Of a stretch of DNA of 64,000 bases, positions 39,934-49,789 are shown one piece after another (the stretch's first letter is position 1; every line of letters begins with the position of its first letter). The stretch is from Gemmatales bacterium (GTDB lineage: Bacteria; Planctomycetota; Planctomycetia; Gemmatales; HRBIN36). The notes beneath the pieces were generated by a model that was given only the letters and a program-made list of their open reading frames with translations, was not told where the DNA came from and ran no database searches. The stretch covers positions 104,484 to 168,483 of the forward strand of contig JBEPZY010000008.1 in the NCBI GenBank assembly GCA_041640595.1, read 5' to 3'. Both the position numbers and the translations under genes were made by a program.

Positions 39934-41084
39934 AAGGCACTGCCTCCTTCTTCCACACCGTGTTTTACGGAAGTCGCGTCCAATCTTAGAAGGCGGTAAG
40001 CGGGGACGTTATCAAGCTCGGCCAGTCGCTGCTGGGTCACGGTGATTGCTTTCCAGGAAGCATCTACACCTATCCAGCGCCGACCTAAAAGTTCGGCCGC
40101 GATCAGTGTAGTGCCGGAACCGGCGAAACAATCCAGCACAATATCACCAGGGCGGGAGGATGTCTCTATGATCGTTTTGAGCAAGTCTAAGTTTTTCTCG
40201 GTAGGATAGCGAGGATAGGCCGGGTCTTTGAATATCCAGACATCCTGGCGTTTTTTACCGTGAGCCGAGACTTCATCGGCATAGATAATTTTGCGAGGGT
40301 TACCAGAAGCCGACCATTCAATACGACCGAGCTGATCCAGGCGCTCTAATTCTTCCGGCGGATAACGCCAGTGTCTTCCGGGAGGTGGTTTTCGCCCGCG
40401 CCAGCTTTGCCCGGTGGCGCCGTTCTCGGTTTCTCCGGGGGCGTGTAACGGCGTGGTCGTATAACGACGGCCATACTGATCCACCTTCGGAAACAGTCGG
40501 GCTATGTCTTCCGACGACAACGGCTCTCGCGGATCGTTCCAGACGTACTGATTCGTCTTGCTGTAAAAGAGGATCGTGTCCTTAATGTTGCCGTAAGCAC
40601 GGCGGGAAAAGTTTTTGGGATTGCACTTGATACGGGTAATATCGTTGATAAAGTGTTCGGCACCGAATATCTCGTCCATTAAGACCTTGACATAGTGTCC
40701 GATTTTACAGTCTATATGCACATAAATCGAGCCATCCGCAGCAAGCAACTCGCGCAACAATTGCAGGCGTTGCCGCAGGAAATCCAGGTATTCTTCGCCG
40801 GTCAGGCGATCGTGATAAGCAAGGAGTCCACGACGTGGCCGACTTACCGTAGCCGCGTGGCCGGGTCTATAAATAAAATCCTGGTTAGTGGCGAAGGGCG
40901 GATCTATATAAACGAGCCGAATCCTGCCGCATAATCTTTCCTGCTTGCATAAATAGCGCAAGGCCAGCAGGTTTTCGCCATGAATCAAGAGGTTTTCCCA
41001 GGCAACTAATCCCGGTTGGCTATGCCCGCAATCCCGGTCGGGGCTTAGAGAAACCGTGTTATTAGCGGAGTTTTTTCTCGGCAT
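39930..41084 (-). CDS. Site-specific DNA methyltransferase (N6-A/N4-C, beta class), orphan
   Basis: Catalytic YIDPPF precedes the SAM motif VLDCFAGSGTT. Also YPTEK. No nuclease gene is adjacent. Confidence 0.92.
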   Translation of the reverse strand: MPRKNSANNTVSLSPDRDCGHSQPGLVAWENLLIHGENLLALRYLCKQERLCGRIRLVYIDPPFATNQDFIYRPGHAATVSRPRRGLLAYHDRLTGEEYLDFLRQRLQLLRELLAADGSIYVHIDCKIGHYVKVLMDEIFGAEHFINDITRIKCNPKNFSRRAYGNIKDTILFYSKTNQYVWNDPREPLSSEDIARLFPKVDQYGRRYTTTPLHAPGETENGATGQSWRGRKPPPGRHWRYPPEELERLDQLGRIEWSASGNPRKIIYADEVSAHGKKRQDVWIFKDPAYPRYPTEKNLDLLKTIIETSSRPGDIVLDCFAGSGTTLIAAELLGRRWIGVDASWKAITVTQQRLAELDNVPAYRLLRLDATSVKHGVEEGGSAL

Positions 41085-41150
41085 CGTAACTAATGTTTCT
41101 GGGCTGGCATATTGCTCGGCGAGATTAGGGCATAGCTATCGTGGTAGCGG

Positions 41151-42281
41151 TCAGGCGGAACAAGCGGGGCTTAGCCAGCGGCCAGGTCGCCAGCTACCGT
41201 TTTCGCGGATGATTTCGCGATACAGAGTATCGCGTTCGACAGGGATGCGGCCGGCCTCTTCGATAAGGCGACGCAGCTCGGCTACCGTGAGTTCCTGAGG
41301 TTCTTTGGAGCCTGCGTCGTGATAGATTTTTTCATGCACAACCGTGCCATCTATATCATCTGCACCGAAACTAAGTGCGATTTGAGCAGTTTTCACGCCG
41401 AGCATAACCCAGTAGGCCTTGATATGTGGAAAGTTGTCCAGCATGAGCCGGCTGATCGCTATGGTCTTGAGATCGGTCAGCACACTGGGTTTCGGAAGGT
41501 GGGCCAGACGGGAATTTTCCGGATGGAACGCTAAAGGAATGAACGTTTGGAACCCGCCTGTTTCGTCCTGCAACTGCCGCAAGCGGATCAGGTGATCAAT
41601 GCGGTGCCAGGGCTTTTCAATGTGTCCGTAAAGCATGGTCGCATTGGAACGCAGACCGAGTTCATGGGCTTCACGGTGAATGCGCAGCCAGGTTTCGGCA
41701 TCCGCCTTATGCTCACAGATTTGGTCGCGAATTTCGGGGTGAAAAATTTCCGCACCGCCCCCCGGCAAACTTCCCAAGCCCAGCTCTTTACACTCGGCTA
41801 GCAAATCTTTCGTGGGCCGACCAGTGATTCGGGAAAACCAGTCCCACTCCACGGCTGTATAGGCTTTGAGGTGCAGTTGCGGATAGTGGCGATGGATCAG
41901 CTCGAGGATGTGGCGATACCATTCGTAGGGCATCTGGTGATGCAAGCCACCGACAATGTGCATTTCGGTCGCCCCGCGAGCGTGGGCCTCGGCAGCGCGT
42001 GCTAAGATTTCCTCGTCGGACATGAGATAGCCTTTGGGGCTTTTCAAGTCGGCGCGGAACGCGCAAAACGTACAGCGATACACGCAGACATTGGTCGGGT
42101 TGAGGTGCACGTTGACGTTGTAATAGGCATATTTGCCATGCAAACGTTCGCGGACAAGGTTGGCCAGCTGGCCGAGCGTGAAGAGATCGGCGTGCTCGTA
42201 AAGATAGAGGCCTTCCTCAAAAGTCAGGCGCTGGCCATTTTCGACCTTATCGCGGATGGCGTGGAGTTGACGGTCGAGCAT
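41151..42281 (-). CDS. mqnE: Aminofutalosine synthase MqnE (radical SAM)
   Basis: NPTNVCVYRCTFCAF, LPGGGAEIF, NATMLYGHIE, FIPLAFHP, HIKAYWVM, GTVVHEKIYHDAG, PVERDTLY. Confidence 0.93.
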   Translation of the reverse strand: MLDRQLHAIRDKVENGQRLTFEEGLYLYEHADLFTLGQLANLVRERLHGKYAYYNVNVHLNPTNVCVYRCTFCAFRADLKSPKGYLMSDEEILARAAEAHARGATEMHIVGGLHHQMPYEWYRHILELIHRHYPQLHLKAYTAVEWDWFSRITGRPTKDLLAECKELGLGSLPGGGAEIFHPEIRDQICEHKADAETWLRIHREAHELGLRSNATMLYGHIEKPWHRIDHLIRLRQLQDETGGFQTFIPLAFHPENSRLAHLPKPSVLTDLKTIAISRLMLDNFPHIKAYWVMLGVKTAQIALSFGADDIDGTVVHEKIYHDAGSKEPQELTVAELRRLIEEAGRIPVERDTLYREIIRENGSWRPGRWLSPACSA

Positions 42282-42317
42282 AAGGGTATCTCCGCTTTTG
42301 AGCGAGTTTCACGCAAT

Positions 42318-43754
42318 TTATTGTAGCGGAACTGGCATGGAAGGGAGTAATTGCTCGGCGGTTCGCTGAATGAGTTGCCAGGCTTGCTGGACATGGTGCG
42401 GTTCGGTGCGCAGGTTGCCGACGCAGAAACGCAAGGTGAACCGGTCACGCACGCGGGTATGCGTAAGGTAGAGCCGACCGCTGGCATTGAGGCAGTGAAG
42501 CATCTGTTCGTTGGCGATGTCGTCGGCGCGCAGGCGGAAACAGACCAGGTTAAGTGAGACCGGTGCGGCCAGCTCAAAGCGGGAATCAGAAGCGATCCAG
42601 TCGGCAAACTGATGGGCCATGGTTACGTGCCGGCGAACCATTCGGCGAATTCCTTCGGCTCCGAAACTGCGAAGCACGAACCAGAGTTTCAAAGCGCGAA
42701 AACGCCGGCCCAGAGGAATTTGCCAATCGCGGTAATCAATCACTTGGCCCGATTCGCTGGCGGCGTTGCGGAGATATTCCGGCAAAACAGCCAAGCTGGC
42801 GATCAGTGCTTTGCGATCAGCAACGAAAAAACAATCGCAATCGAAATTCACGCCCATCCACTTGTGGGGATTGAAACAGTAACTGTCGGCCAGTTCGAGT
42901 CCGTCGTGAATCCAGCGAAATTCAGGGCAAATGGCCGCGGTACCGGACATGGCGGCGTCCACGTGCAACCAGAGCCCGTAACGGCGGCAAATTTCGCCAA
43001 TCGGCCGCAGCGGATCATGGGCTTGAGTCGAAGTGGTGCCGAGCGTGGCGCAAACAAAAAAGGGAACACGACCCGCCTGCCGATCGGCGAGGATGGCGGC
43101 TTCTAAAGCCTGAGGCTGCATGGCGAAGGTATCGTCCACGGCAATACGCCGCAGTGCCGCTGATCCCAGACCGGCAATGCGCAGGGCTTTCTCGACGGAA
43201 GAATGGGCTTCCGTGGATGCGTAGGCAGTGAAGCGCTGAACGATGCCATTGGCGTTCGTGGTACCGTCGGAAGCGCGCTCGCGGGCAGCCAGAACAGCAC
43301 AAAGCGTGGCACTGGAAGCGGTGTCCTGAATCACGCCACCACCCTGGCAGCGCGAGGAGAACTTGTCTGGCAAACCGAGCAACTGAACCAGCCAGTCGAG
43401 CACATGCGTTTCCAATTCCGTGCAGGCCGGACTGGTTTGCCAGAGCATGCCCTGCACGCCCAGCCCTGCCGCCAGCAATTCGCCCAGAATTGACGGATAC
43501 GAGTTGTTGGCTGGATAAAACGCAAAAAAGTTTGGCGATTGCCAGTGGGTTATCCCCGGCAAGATGTGCTGCTGAAAATCGGCAAAAATACGAGCAAAGT
43601 CCTCAGCTGCTTCTGGTGGCGAGTCTGGTAAGCGCGAACGAACTTCGCCAGGCCGAACCGGCGACAGCACCGGGTAACGTTCGACATTTTCCAGATACTC
43701 GGCAATCCAATCCACCAGGCGATAGCCCCAGTGGCGAAACTCATCGACAGTCAT
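42318..43754 (-). CDS. PLP-dependent aromatic L-amino acid decarboxylase
   Basis: ILPGITHWQSPNFFAFYP, SPACTELE, WLHVDAA, FNPHKW, DWQIPLGRRFRALKLWFV. Confidence 0.93.
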   Translation of the reverse strand: MTVDEFRHWGYRLVDWIAEYLENVERYPVLSPVRPGEVRSRLPDSPPEAAEDFARIFADFQQHILPGITHWQSPNFFAFYPANNSYPSILGELLAAGLGVQGMLWQTSPACTELETHVLDWLVQLLGLPDKFSSRCQGGGVIQDTASSATLCAVLAARERASDGTTNANGIVQRFTAYASTEAHSSVEKALRIAGLGSAALRRIAVDDTFAMQPQALEAAILADRQAGRVPFFVCATLGTTSTQAHDPLRPIGEICRRYGLWLHVDAAMSGTAAICPEFRWIHDGLELADSYCFNPHKWMGVNFDCDCFFVADRKALIASLAVLPEYLRNAASESGQVIDYRDWQIPLGRRFRALKLWFVLRSFGAEGIRRMVRRHVTMAHQFADWIASDSRFELAAPVSLNLVCFRLRADDIANEQMLHCLNASGRLYLTHTRVRDRFTLRFCVGNLRTEPHHVQQAWQLIQRTAEQLLPSMPVPLQ

Positions 43755-43838
43755 GGCAGGTGGCCTTTTTAGTCAGCCGTCAGCAGCAATGCAAGACGGG
43801 TATGCGAAGCCAGACGATTCCGGAAAGGCCTGTTGCGT

Positions 43839-45113
43839 TCAGGCCGAGGCCAGCACCGGCAAAACGTATGGGCCTTTCGGAATAACAGCCAGGCGTGCGT
43901 TCGGGCCATATTCGTTCAATGCCTCGGCGACGGCTTGTTCGACCGATGCTGCCGGTTCCACATGGCATTGCCGCAACACCTCGGCCGACAGGCCATCGCT
44001 AACCACTTTCACGCGACAACGCTCCAGCACTTTGGCCAGCTCTTCCAGCTGCCATTGATCGAGCACGAAGTAATCGCGGCCGAGGATACGCTGTTTGAAC
44101 CGGCGAATATCCGGATTTTCGAGAATGAGTCGGTAAAACTCGGGGCTACCCACGCCCTCGCTCAAACTGGCGGCCAGGATGATCGTTCCACCACGCTTGA
44201 CTATCGGCAAAGCTCCCGTCAGGCCCTTGATCGCCTGATACCAGGTGGTATCCAGCGGATAGCCTGCAGCAGTGGTAACAACTACATCCACCGGTTCGGG
44301 AACGGGAACGCGTACCAGTTGTTCGCAGAACTGCACCCCTTGCTGCCAGGCACGTTCCATATCCCCGGCACCGATCCAGGTGATGCGCCGCTGGCCGTCT
44401 ATGCAAACGTTCACGATGAAATCGCAACCTGCCAACCGGGCGATCGCTGTCGCCTCTTCATGCACCGGGTTGCCATCCACTATGCCACAATCCGCGCGGG
44501 GATGCTCGAGAAAATCAGGCCCGTGCCAGAATTTCACCGTCTCCAACGCCGCCAGACCGGGACAGATCACTTTGCGTCCACCAGAATATCCCGCCATCAG
44601 GTGAGGTTCAATCAGGCCCGTGGTGATCTTGAGGTCGGCCTCGACATAGCGACGGTCAATGTAAACCGGCACGCCTCGGGGTGAGTAACCCAGGAAACTG
44701 TGTTCGTGCAGACGTTTGCCATAATGGTTCTCGATGCGGTAGCGGCTAACGATCTCCGCACCGAGCATTTCTTCCAGTTCGGCGCCGAGATTTGGCCGAT
44801 GCAGGCCCGTTGCGATCAGAATGAGGATGTTTTGACGCTGAATGCCAGCTTCTTCTAAGGTTTGCAGGATTGGGGGCAGGAGAATGCGATTGGGCACCGG
44901 GCGGGTAATATCGCAAACGACTACGCAAGCATTTCGGCGACCGCGAGCCAGTTCCGCCAGCGGAGGCGTGCCAATCGGTTGTCGCAGGGCTTGCCAGACC
45001 GCGGTTTCAGGTTCGCGGATCGGCTCAGCCGTGCGAATTTCGAGTGGCCCGATGGTTTGTTCGGGCAATTCCACTTCCAGGCCAGTGCGACCGTAATCCA
45101 GCTTGACTCGCAT
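43839..45113 (-). CDS. larA: Nickel-pincer lactate racemase family protein LarA
   Basis: [48 protein letters not shown]. Confidence 0.9.
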   Translation of the reverse strand: MRVKLDYGRTGLEVELPEQTIGPLEIRTAEPIREPETAVWQALRQPIGTPPLAELARGRRNACVVVCDITRPVPNRILLPPILQTLEEAGIQRQNILILIATGLHRPNLGAELEEMLGAEIVSRYRIENHYGKRLHEHSFLGYSPRGVPVYIDRRYVEADLKITTGLIEPHLMAGYSGGRKVICPGLAALETVKFWHGPDFLEHPRADCGIVDGNPVHEEATAIARLAGCDFIVNVCIDGQRRITWIGAGDMERAWQQGVQFCEQLVRVPVPEPVDVVVTTAAGYPLDTTWYQAIKGLTGALPIVKRGGTIILAASLSEGVGSPEFYRLILENPDIRRFKQRILGRDYFVLDQWQLEELAKVLERCRVKVVSDGLSAEVLRQCHVEPAASVEQAVAEALNEYGPNARLAVIPKGPYVLPVLASA

Positions 45114-45427
45114 GTTCTTGCTCCACGGGGATGAGTCTGCTCGCAGGCCTATTTTATTGGTTCGCGGTGAGCCATTTCCATCTGGCCCTACCAATGTGTC
45201 GCGTCGCAACGCAAGTGGCATCCTGCTTCTGCTGGAAACGGCTTTTGGGCAGGTGTGTTCCGCCCGCAGAATCGGCACGTTCCACTCCACTGCCCTATTT
45301 GCGACGGGTAACGCTTTCTGGTGCCTGGTATGGTTATCCATAGTCGAAGTTTGATCCTGGCACCTCAAGACGCTAACACCGGTTCACACTTGCTCTTCAT
45401 AGCGAAGGCAAGCTGGCAGGAAAACAG

Positions 45428-46651
45428 TCATACCGAGCATCGGCCGTTGCGGATGGACTGGGTCAGTTCGTCGAGCAAGCGGCGATGCGGGGCACTCAGG
45501 GGAATCGCATACGTTTGCTCCGCGGTGAGCCAGCGGCCGTGTGTGTGCTCCGACGTCAAACGCAGCCGGCCAGTTTCGCAAACGGCAGACCAGACCTCCA
45601 TCGCAAAACGAAATCGGGTAACACCGTAACGGATCCTGGTCAGCACCGTGCCCGGCTGGACTTCAAGCCCTACGAGTTGCCGGCAAATTCGCGTTGTGGC
45701 TTGTTCGGAACGTTCATCGGGCAACAGGTCGGCATGGGGGAATTCCCATAACGAAGGCCAGCGCGATGCCTTGGGACTGCGTTGCAGAACCAGCCAGCGC
45801 TTACCACGCCGTACTACAACACACACTTCCCGGACTTCGGTTACTCTGCGACGCTCGGTACGAACCGGCAGTTTATCCGCGCAAGACCGCTGATAGGCCC
45901 GACACAGTGCCGATACTGGACACAGCTGGCATTGCGGTTGCCGTACGGAACAAACGGTAGCTCCCAATTCCATCACAGCCTGATTGAACAGGCCGGCCCC
46001 GTTGGCTGGCACCAGTCGCGCAGCAACTGCCCAGAGCCAGCGCTGCACTCCTGGTCGCTCGATCGGCTCGTGGCATTCCAACAGCCGGGCATAAACACGA
46101 GCGGAGTTCGCCTCGACAATTGGCAATGGCATGTCAAACGCCTGAGACAACACCGCATGAGCTGTGTATCGTCCCACGCCGGGCAAGCGTAACCAGTCCC
46201 GTGGCTGTCGGGGAAACTGACCGCCATGGGACGCCACAATCCTGCGCGCCGCTTCGTGCAAGGCCAGCGCGCGCCGGTAGTAGCCCAGTCCCTGCCAGAG
46301 TTGCAATACCTCTTGCGAAGAAGCCTGAGCCAGTGCCTGCACATTGGGAAACGTCTCCAGGAACCGTTGGAAATACGGCACCACTGTGCTCGCCTGAGTC
46401 TGCTGCAACATAACCTCACTCACCCAGATCGCATACGGATCGCGGGTCTGCCTCCAGGGAAACTCGCGGCGATGCCTTAGAAACCAGTTCACCAACGCTG
46501 TCGCCAGGATGCTTGCATATTCCCGGTTCGGCAACTCAGGAAAACGCGGCAGCTCCAACGAAACAGCAGGCCGAATTCGCCTACCGGCTGGGTTGCTCAC
46601 TTTTTGCCTGCTCAAGAAACTTCGACGCTGCATGCCGGCCGGTTTCGCCAC
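45428..46651 (-). CDS. mutY: A/G-specific adenine glycosylase MutY
   Basis: WVSEVMLQQTQ, WQGLGYYRRA, LPGVGRYTA, FNQAVMELGATVC..PQCQLCP...C, and a C-terminal NUDIX-like domain. Start is uncertain. Confidence 0.95.
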   Translation of the reverse strand: MAKPAGMQRRSFLSRQKVSNPAGRRIRPAVSLELPRFPELPNREYASILATALVNWFLRHRREFPWRQTRDPYAIWVSEVMLQQTQASTVVPYFQRFLETFPNVQALAQASSQEVLQLWQGLGYYRRALALHEAARRIVASHGGQFPRQPRDWLRLPGVGRYTAHAVLSQAFDMPLPIVEANSARVYARLLECHEPIERPGVQRWLWAVAARLVPANGAGLFNQAVMELGATVCSVRQPQCQLCPVSALCRAYQRSCADKLPVRTERRRVTEVREVCVVVRRGKRWLVLQRSPKASRWPSLWEFPHADLLPDERSEQATTRICRQLVGLEVQPGTVLTRIRYGVTRFRFAMEVWSAVCETGRLRLTSEHTHGRWLTAEQTYAIPLSAPHRRLLDELTQSIRNGRCSV

Positions 46652-46654
46652 TGG

Positions 46655-47368
46655 CTAACCGGTGGTGCGTGGCCGACGCAGGTATTTATCGAGAATGGCC
46701 TTGGCTGCTTCAGCAGTGGCCCGGGCATCATATTGCGGTTTTTTCGGAGGTGATTCCTCTTTTTTCTCCGGAGCAGCGGGATTTTGCAGGGAGGTATCGC
46801 TGCTCTTGGGCAACTCCAGAATGGTGCTACCACCCAGGTCTTCGCTAGAACGCTCGCTGGCGGGAACCGGCTGGCCACTCGTTTTATCCACATTCAGCAA
46901 CAATTCCTGGGCGATCAGGTCTTCCAGGTCACCGCTACTTGCGGATGGTTTTTGCGAACCCGGAGAGGCTTGTCCGGTTTGAGCCAACGTCTTGGAAGCA
47001 GCTGGTTTGGCAGCGGCTTTTTCCGGAGCAGACTCCGAAACCTTGGGCAATTTGGCACTGCTTCCCGTGGATTCCTGCACCAGTTTCACCTTGAACACGA
47101 GCGGGCCAACTTTAAACTCGTCGCCGTCCGCTAACTCAATTTCCCCCTTGAGCAATCGTCCGTTGTGCAAGGTGCCGTTGGTGCTCTCGAAATCCTTTAG
47201 AAACGCCTTTCCTTCGCGGATAATGATGGCACAATGGCGTTTACTCACCAGTGGACTTACAGGCCGCAGATGGCAGTCCGGATCGCGACCGATCAGGAAC
47301 TGCGGCAATCGAATCGGAATTTCTTGGAAACCGCCCTGAGCACGTTTGACCAGCAGACTCAATTTCAT
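46655..47368 (-). CDS. FHA domain protein
   Basis: FLIGRDPDCHLRP.SPLVSKRHCAI..DFESTNGT..LADGD followed by a disordered C-terminus. Confidence 0.9.
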   Translation of the reverse strand: MKLSLLVKRAQGGFQEIPIRLPQFLIGRDPDCHLRPVSPLVSKRHCAIIIREGKAFLKDFESTNGTLHNGRLLKGEIELADGDEFKVGPLVFKVKLVQESTGSSAKLPKVSESAPEKAAAKPAASKTLAQTGQASPGSQKPSASSGDLEDLIAQELLLNVDKTSGQPVPASERSSEDLGGSTILELPKSSDTSLQNPAAPEKKEESPPKKPQYDARATAEAAKAILDKYLRRPRTTG

Positions 47369-47651
47369 GGTTTGCTCCCGGCTCGATCTTGGCACGGGCG
47401 AGCTTTTCGCCCCCGGTACTGAACTTCCATGCTGCGTGGGATGCTGTAACATCCCCGCTTATCCATCGCTTCTCTGTTCCTGCAAAAACTGTAATTGGGC
47501 CTCTTCTGACCTGGGGCATACCTTACAAAGGCGACCAGCAATGCCGGCTCTCTATTTGATTGTATTGACCCAAACTTGTCCTGCAAGGGTTTTTCCCAAC
47601 AATTTTTTTGAGGATGCCTCACGACAGAAAAACACCGCCGGGTTAAACACG

Positions 47652-47682
47652 GGAAGCCGGAAGGGGCAAGCTTCCGGCTTCC
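47652..47682 (-). terminator. Hairpin terminator after the TIGR03000 gene
   Basis: Perfect 12-bp stem ggaagccggaag/cttccggcttcc about 40 bp after the stop, followed by cgtgtttaa on the minus strand. Confidence 0.6.
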
Positions 47683-47720
47683 GCAATCGGCGAATTGTAC
47701 GCCCGCTGGGGCGTGCTAAT

Positions 47721-48368
47721 TTACCGGCCGACGGAATACGTCATCATGTCCACTTCGGCAATTTCGCCGGCTCGGAAGCTAATCTGCCGCTCCATACGCT
47801 CGCCATTGGGCAATTCAACAGTCAGCGTGTAATAGAATGCTTTACCAGCTGGCAATTCGGGAGTGATGAAGGAGCGGCGAGATCCGGTCTGGCTGGTGGC
47901 TTGGCCGTCAATGTACAGCTTGGCGTCTTCCGGTACGAGCACGATCAGGCTCGCCTTATTGCCAAGGTCAGCCTTTTTCTCCTGGGGCTTCACCGGAATC
48001 TTTTCCGGCTTTGCTGGCTTAGCCGGTTCTGCTGGCATGGGGTGAGCGCCGACGCAAGCTGCACCGACGCACGCGGCGCGACGATGGTGTAGCCGGCTCA
48101 GCAAGCCACCATGGCAAGCACCGTGGCAAGCGGCCGCGCCATGACAAGCCGCTGCGCCATGGCAGGCACCTAAGCATGCCAGTCGCGCATGCAGCCGACT
48201 CAGCAGGCCACCGTGACACGCGCCGTGGCACGCGGCAGCCCCGTGGCATGCCGCTGCGCCGTGACATGCTGCTGCACCGTGGCATGCACCCGCGCAGGCT
48301 CCACCAAAAAGGGTCGCCGGTTGCGCTGTACCTACATTCAGAGCGAGAAGCAAGGTGAGGCTGTACAT
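47721..48368 (-). CDS. Secreted TIGR03000-domain protein with Cys/His (ACHG) repeats
   Basis: MYS..L signal peptide, nine ACHG units and a C-terminal ASLIVLVPEDAKLYIDG..RRSFITPELPAGKAFYYTL domain. Confidence 0.88.
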   Translation of the reverse strand: MYSLTLLLALNVGTAQPATLFGGACAGACHGAAACHGAAACHGAAACHGACHGGLLSRLHARLACLGACHGAAACHGAAACHGACHGGLLSRLHHRRAACVGAACVGAHPMPAEPAKPAKPEKIPVKPQEKKADLGNKASLIVLVPEDAKLYIDGQATSQTGSRRSFITPELPAGKAFYYTLTVELPNGERMERQISFRAGEIAEVDMMTYSVGR

Positions 48369-48612
48369 GGTGCTGGACCCTCCTGCTTGGACCTGGTGTG
48401 TTTCTGGAGATTTGCGCCAACCCTCCCAATGAAGGTTGGGAAATCTGCGTTGCTTTGTGAATTCGCCCAGGCTGCAATGATACTAGCGAATAGGATGGCC
48501 GCCGTCAAGCTCATTTTACGAAAATTTTCCATTTTTGCTCAGTTGAATCTCCACCCTGACCGATACTTTCGCGATTTTTCTTCCCCGTCTTTCCAACCGT
48601 CACGATATCCGC

Positions 48613-49134
48613 CTACCACACTGGCGGTTCGCCCGTGTGGCGTCCCAGCGCCTGGACTAACCAGGCCATCTGGCCAATGTGATTGTTCAGGTGCGAGGCA
48701 CACACAACCAGCAGACCAAATTGCGTGGCAATGGGATGGCGATCGGGAAAGTCCACGGGCTTGAGCATGGCTGACTCGTCCATGCTTTCGATAGTGCGCA
48801 CCACCAGGTCAATCGCCTCGCGGAATCGCTGCAGTATCTGCTCCCTCGGATAACGGTTCGGGTCAGTGAACTCCAGCGGTCGGTTGCGCACATAGCCAGT
48901 CCCCGCGATTCCTGCCCCGATGTAATGATTCAGGTTACCTGTCAGGTGCAGAACCAGGTGCCCCAGGCTGTTTCCAAATGGGAAAGGCTTGTCCCAAAGC
49001 TGTTCTTCGGGCACTGCTCGCACGTGTCGTTCGACGCGCTCTGCCAGATGGCGAAAGTATGCGACCAGTTCCGATTTGACCGTGGTGAGCAAGCTGACGT
49101 TACTGCCAGCGGCAGACAACTCGGCCTTGGTCAT
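48613..49134 (-). CDS. DinB/YfiT-like (DUF1572-type) protein
   Basis: NSLGHLVLHLTGNL, YVRNRPLEF, HLNNHIGQ. Confidence 0.85.
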   Translation of the reverse strand: MTKAELSAAGSNVSLLTTVKSELVAYFRHLAERVERHVRAVPEEQLWDKPFPFGNSLGHLVLHLTGNLNHYIGAGIAGTGYVRNRPLEFTDPNRYPREQILQRFREAIDLVVRTIESMDESAMLKPVDFPDRHPIATQFGLLVVCASHLNNHIGQMAWLVQALGRHTGEPPVW

Positions 49135-49473
49135 TGTTTCAGCCTCCAGCAAATGGGTCGGTTAGCATTGTGGCGATAAAGCCGGAAAGTGCCTGCCCCT
49201 TCGTCAGGCTCCAGCAAATGGCAGCTGTTTCTTTCGCTTCCCCGGTGCTACGACCGATCCTTGTCGCGTTCGCTGCCCCCACGCCGTGGGCGAGTGTGGC
49301 CTTGGAAGAAGAGGTACCACGTGTTGAACCAATGTCTGTCGTGTTCGCCGCCCGCACAGCCCGCTGTGTATGCGGTTTGCCCGGATTCTCAGCAATGCCC
49401 ACCGCGACGCCCGCATGAAGCCTGTGATTTCTGTCATAAAAACCGTAAGCACTGCCGATAGTTACAACTGGGC

Positions 49474-49503
49474 TTGCATCGGCACGCTAGTTTGGCATAT
49501 AAT
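49474..49503 (+). promoter_or_regulatory. Sigma70-type promoter
   Basis: TTGCAT (49474-49479), 18-bp spacer, perfect TATAAT (49498-49503). Confidence 0.6.
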
Positions 49504-49509
49504 TTTCTG

Positions 49510-49705
49510 GCTACGGATCAAGAGGCAGATCGGCGAGGGCTTCCCGCAGGCTCAGGAGGAGCCTGATTGGGCTACGGAGGGCCGAACCGGAACAGGGTGG
49601 GAGCCCCTGGCCCGCCTGGAAGCGGTCATTTCCTAGGGAATCCTACCTGTCAGGATTTGAGGCCGGTCGGCCTGAGTATCCCCTCACGGAAGAACGGACG
49701 ATCCT
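49510..49705 (+). ncRNA. Candidate CsrB/Rsm-like CsrA-sequestering RNA (or CsrA-controlled long leader)
   Basis: 11 GGA motifs in ~185 nt (four ACGGA, two CAGGA, one AGGGA), at least five of them in hairpin loops. No credible CDS. Starts right after the promoter. Confidence 0.55.
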
Positions 49706-49789
49706 TACTGCACTCTGATTCTGCGCCTGGTGTCGGCGGCCCGCGTGCCGTAGGGGACACGGGCGCGCGAACCCGTGGAGGGTTTGGCC

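Noticed and set aside
49492..49508. Sigma54-like TTGGCATATAATTTTCT
   Set aside because: The conserved -12 GC is missing, and a sigma70 TTGCAT-18-TATAAT reading fits better. Not fully excluded.
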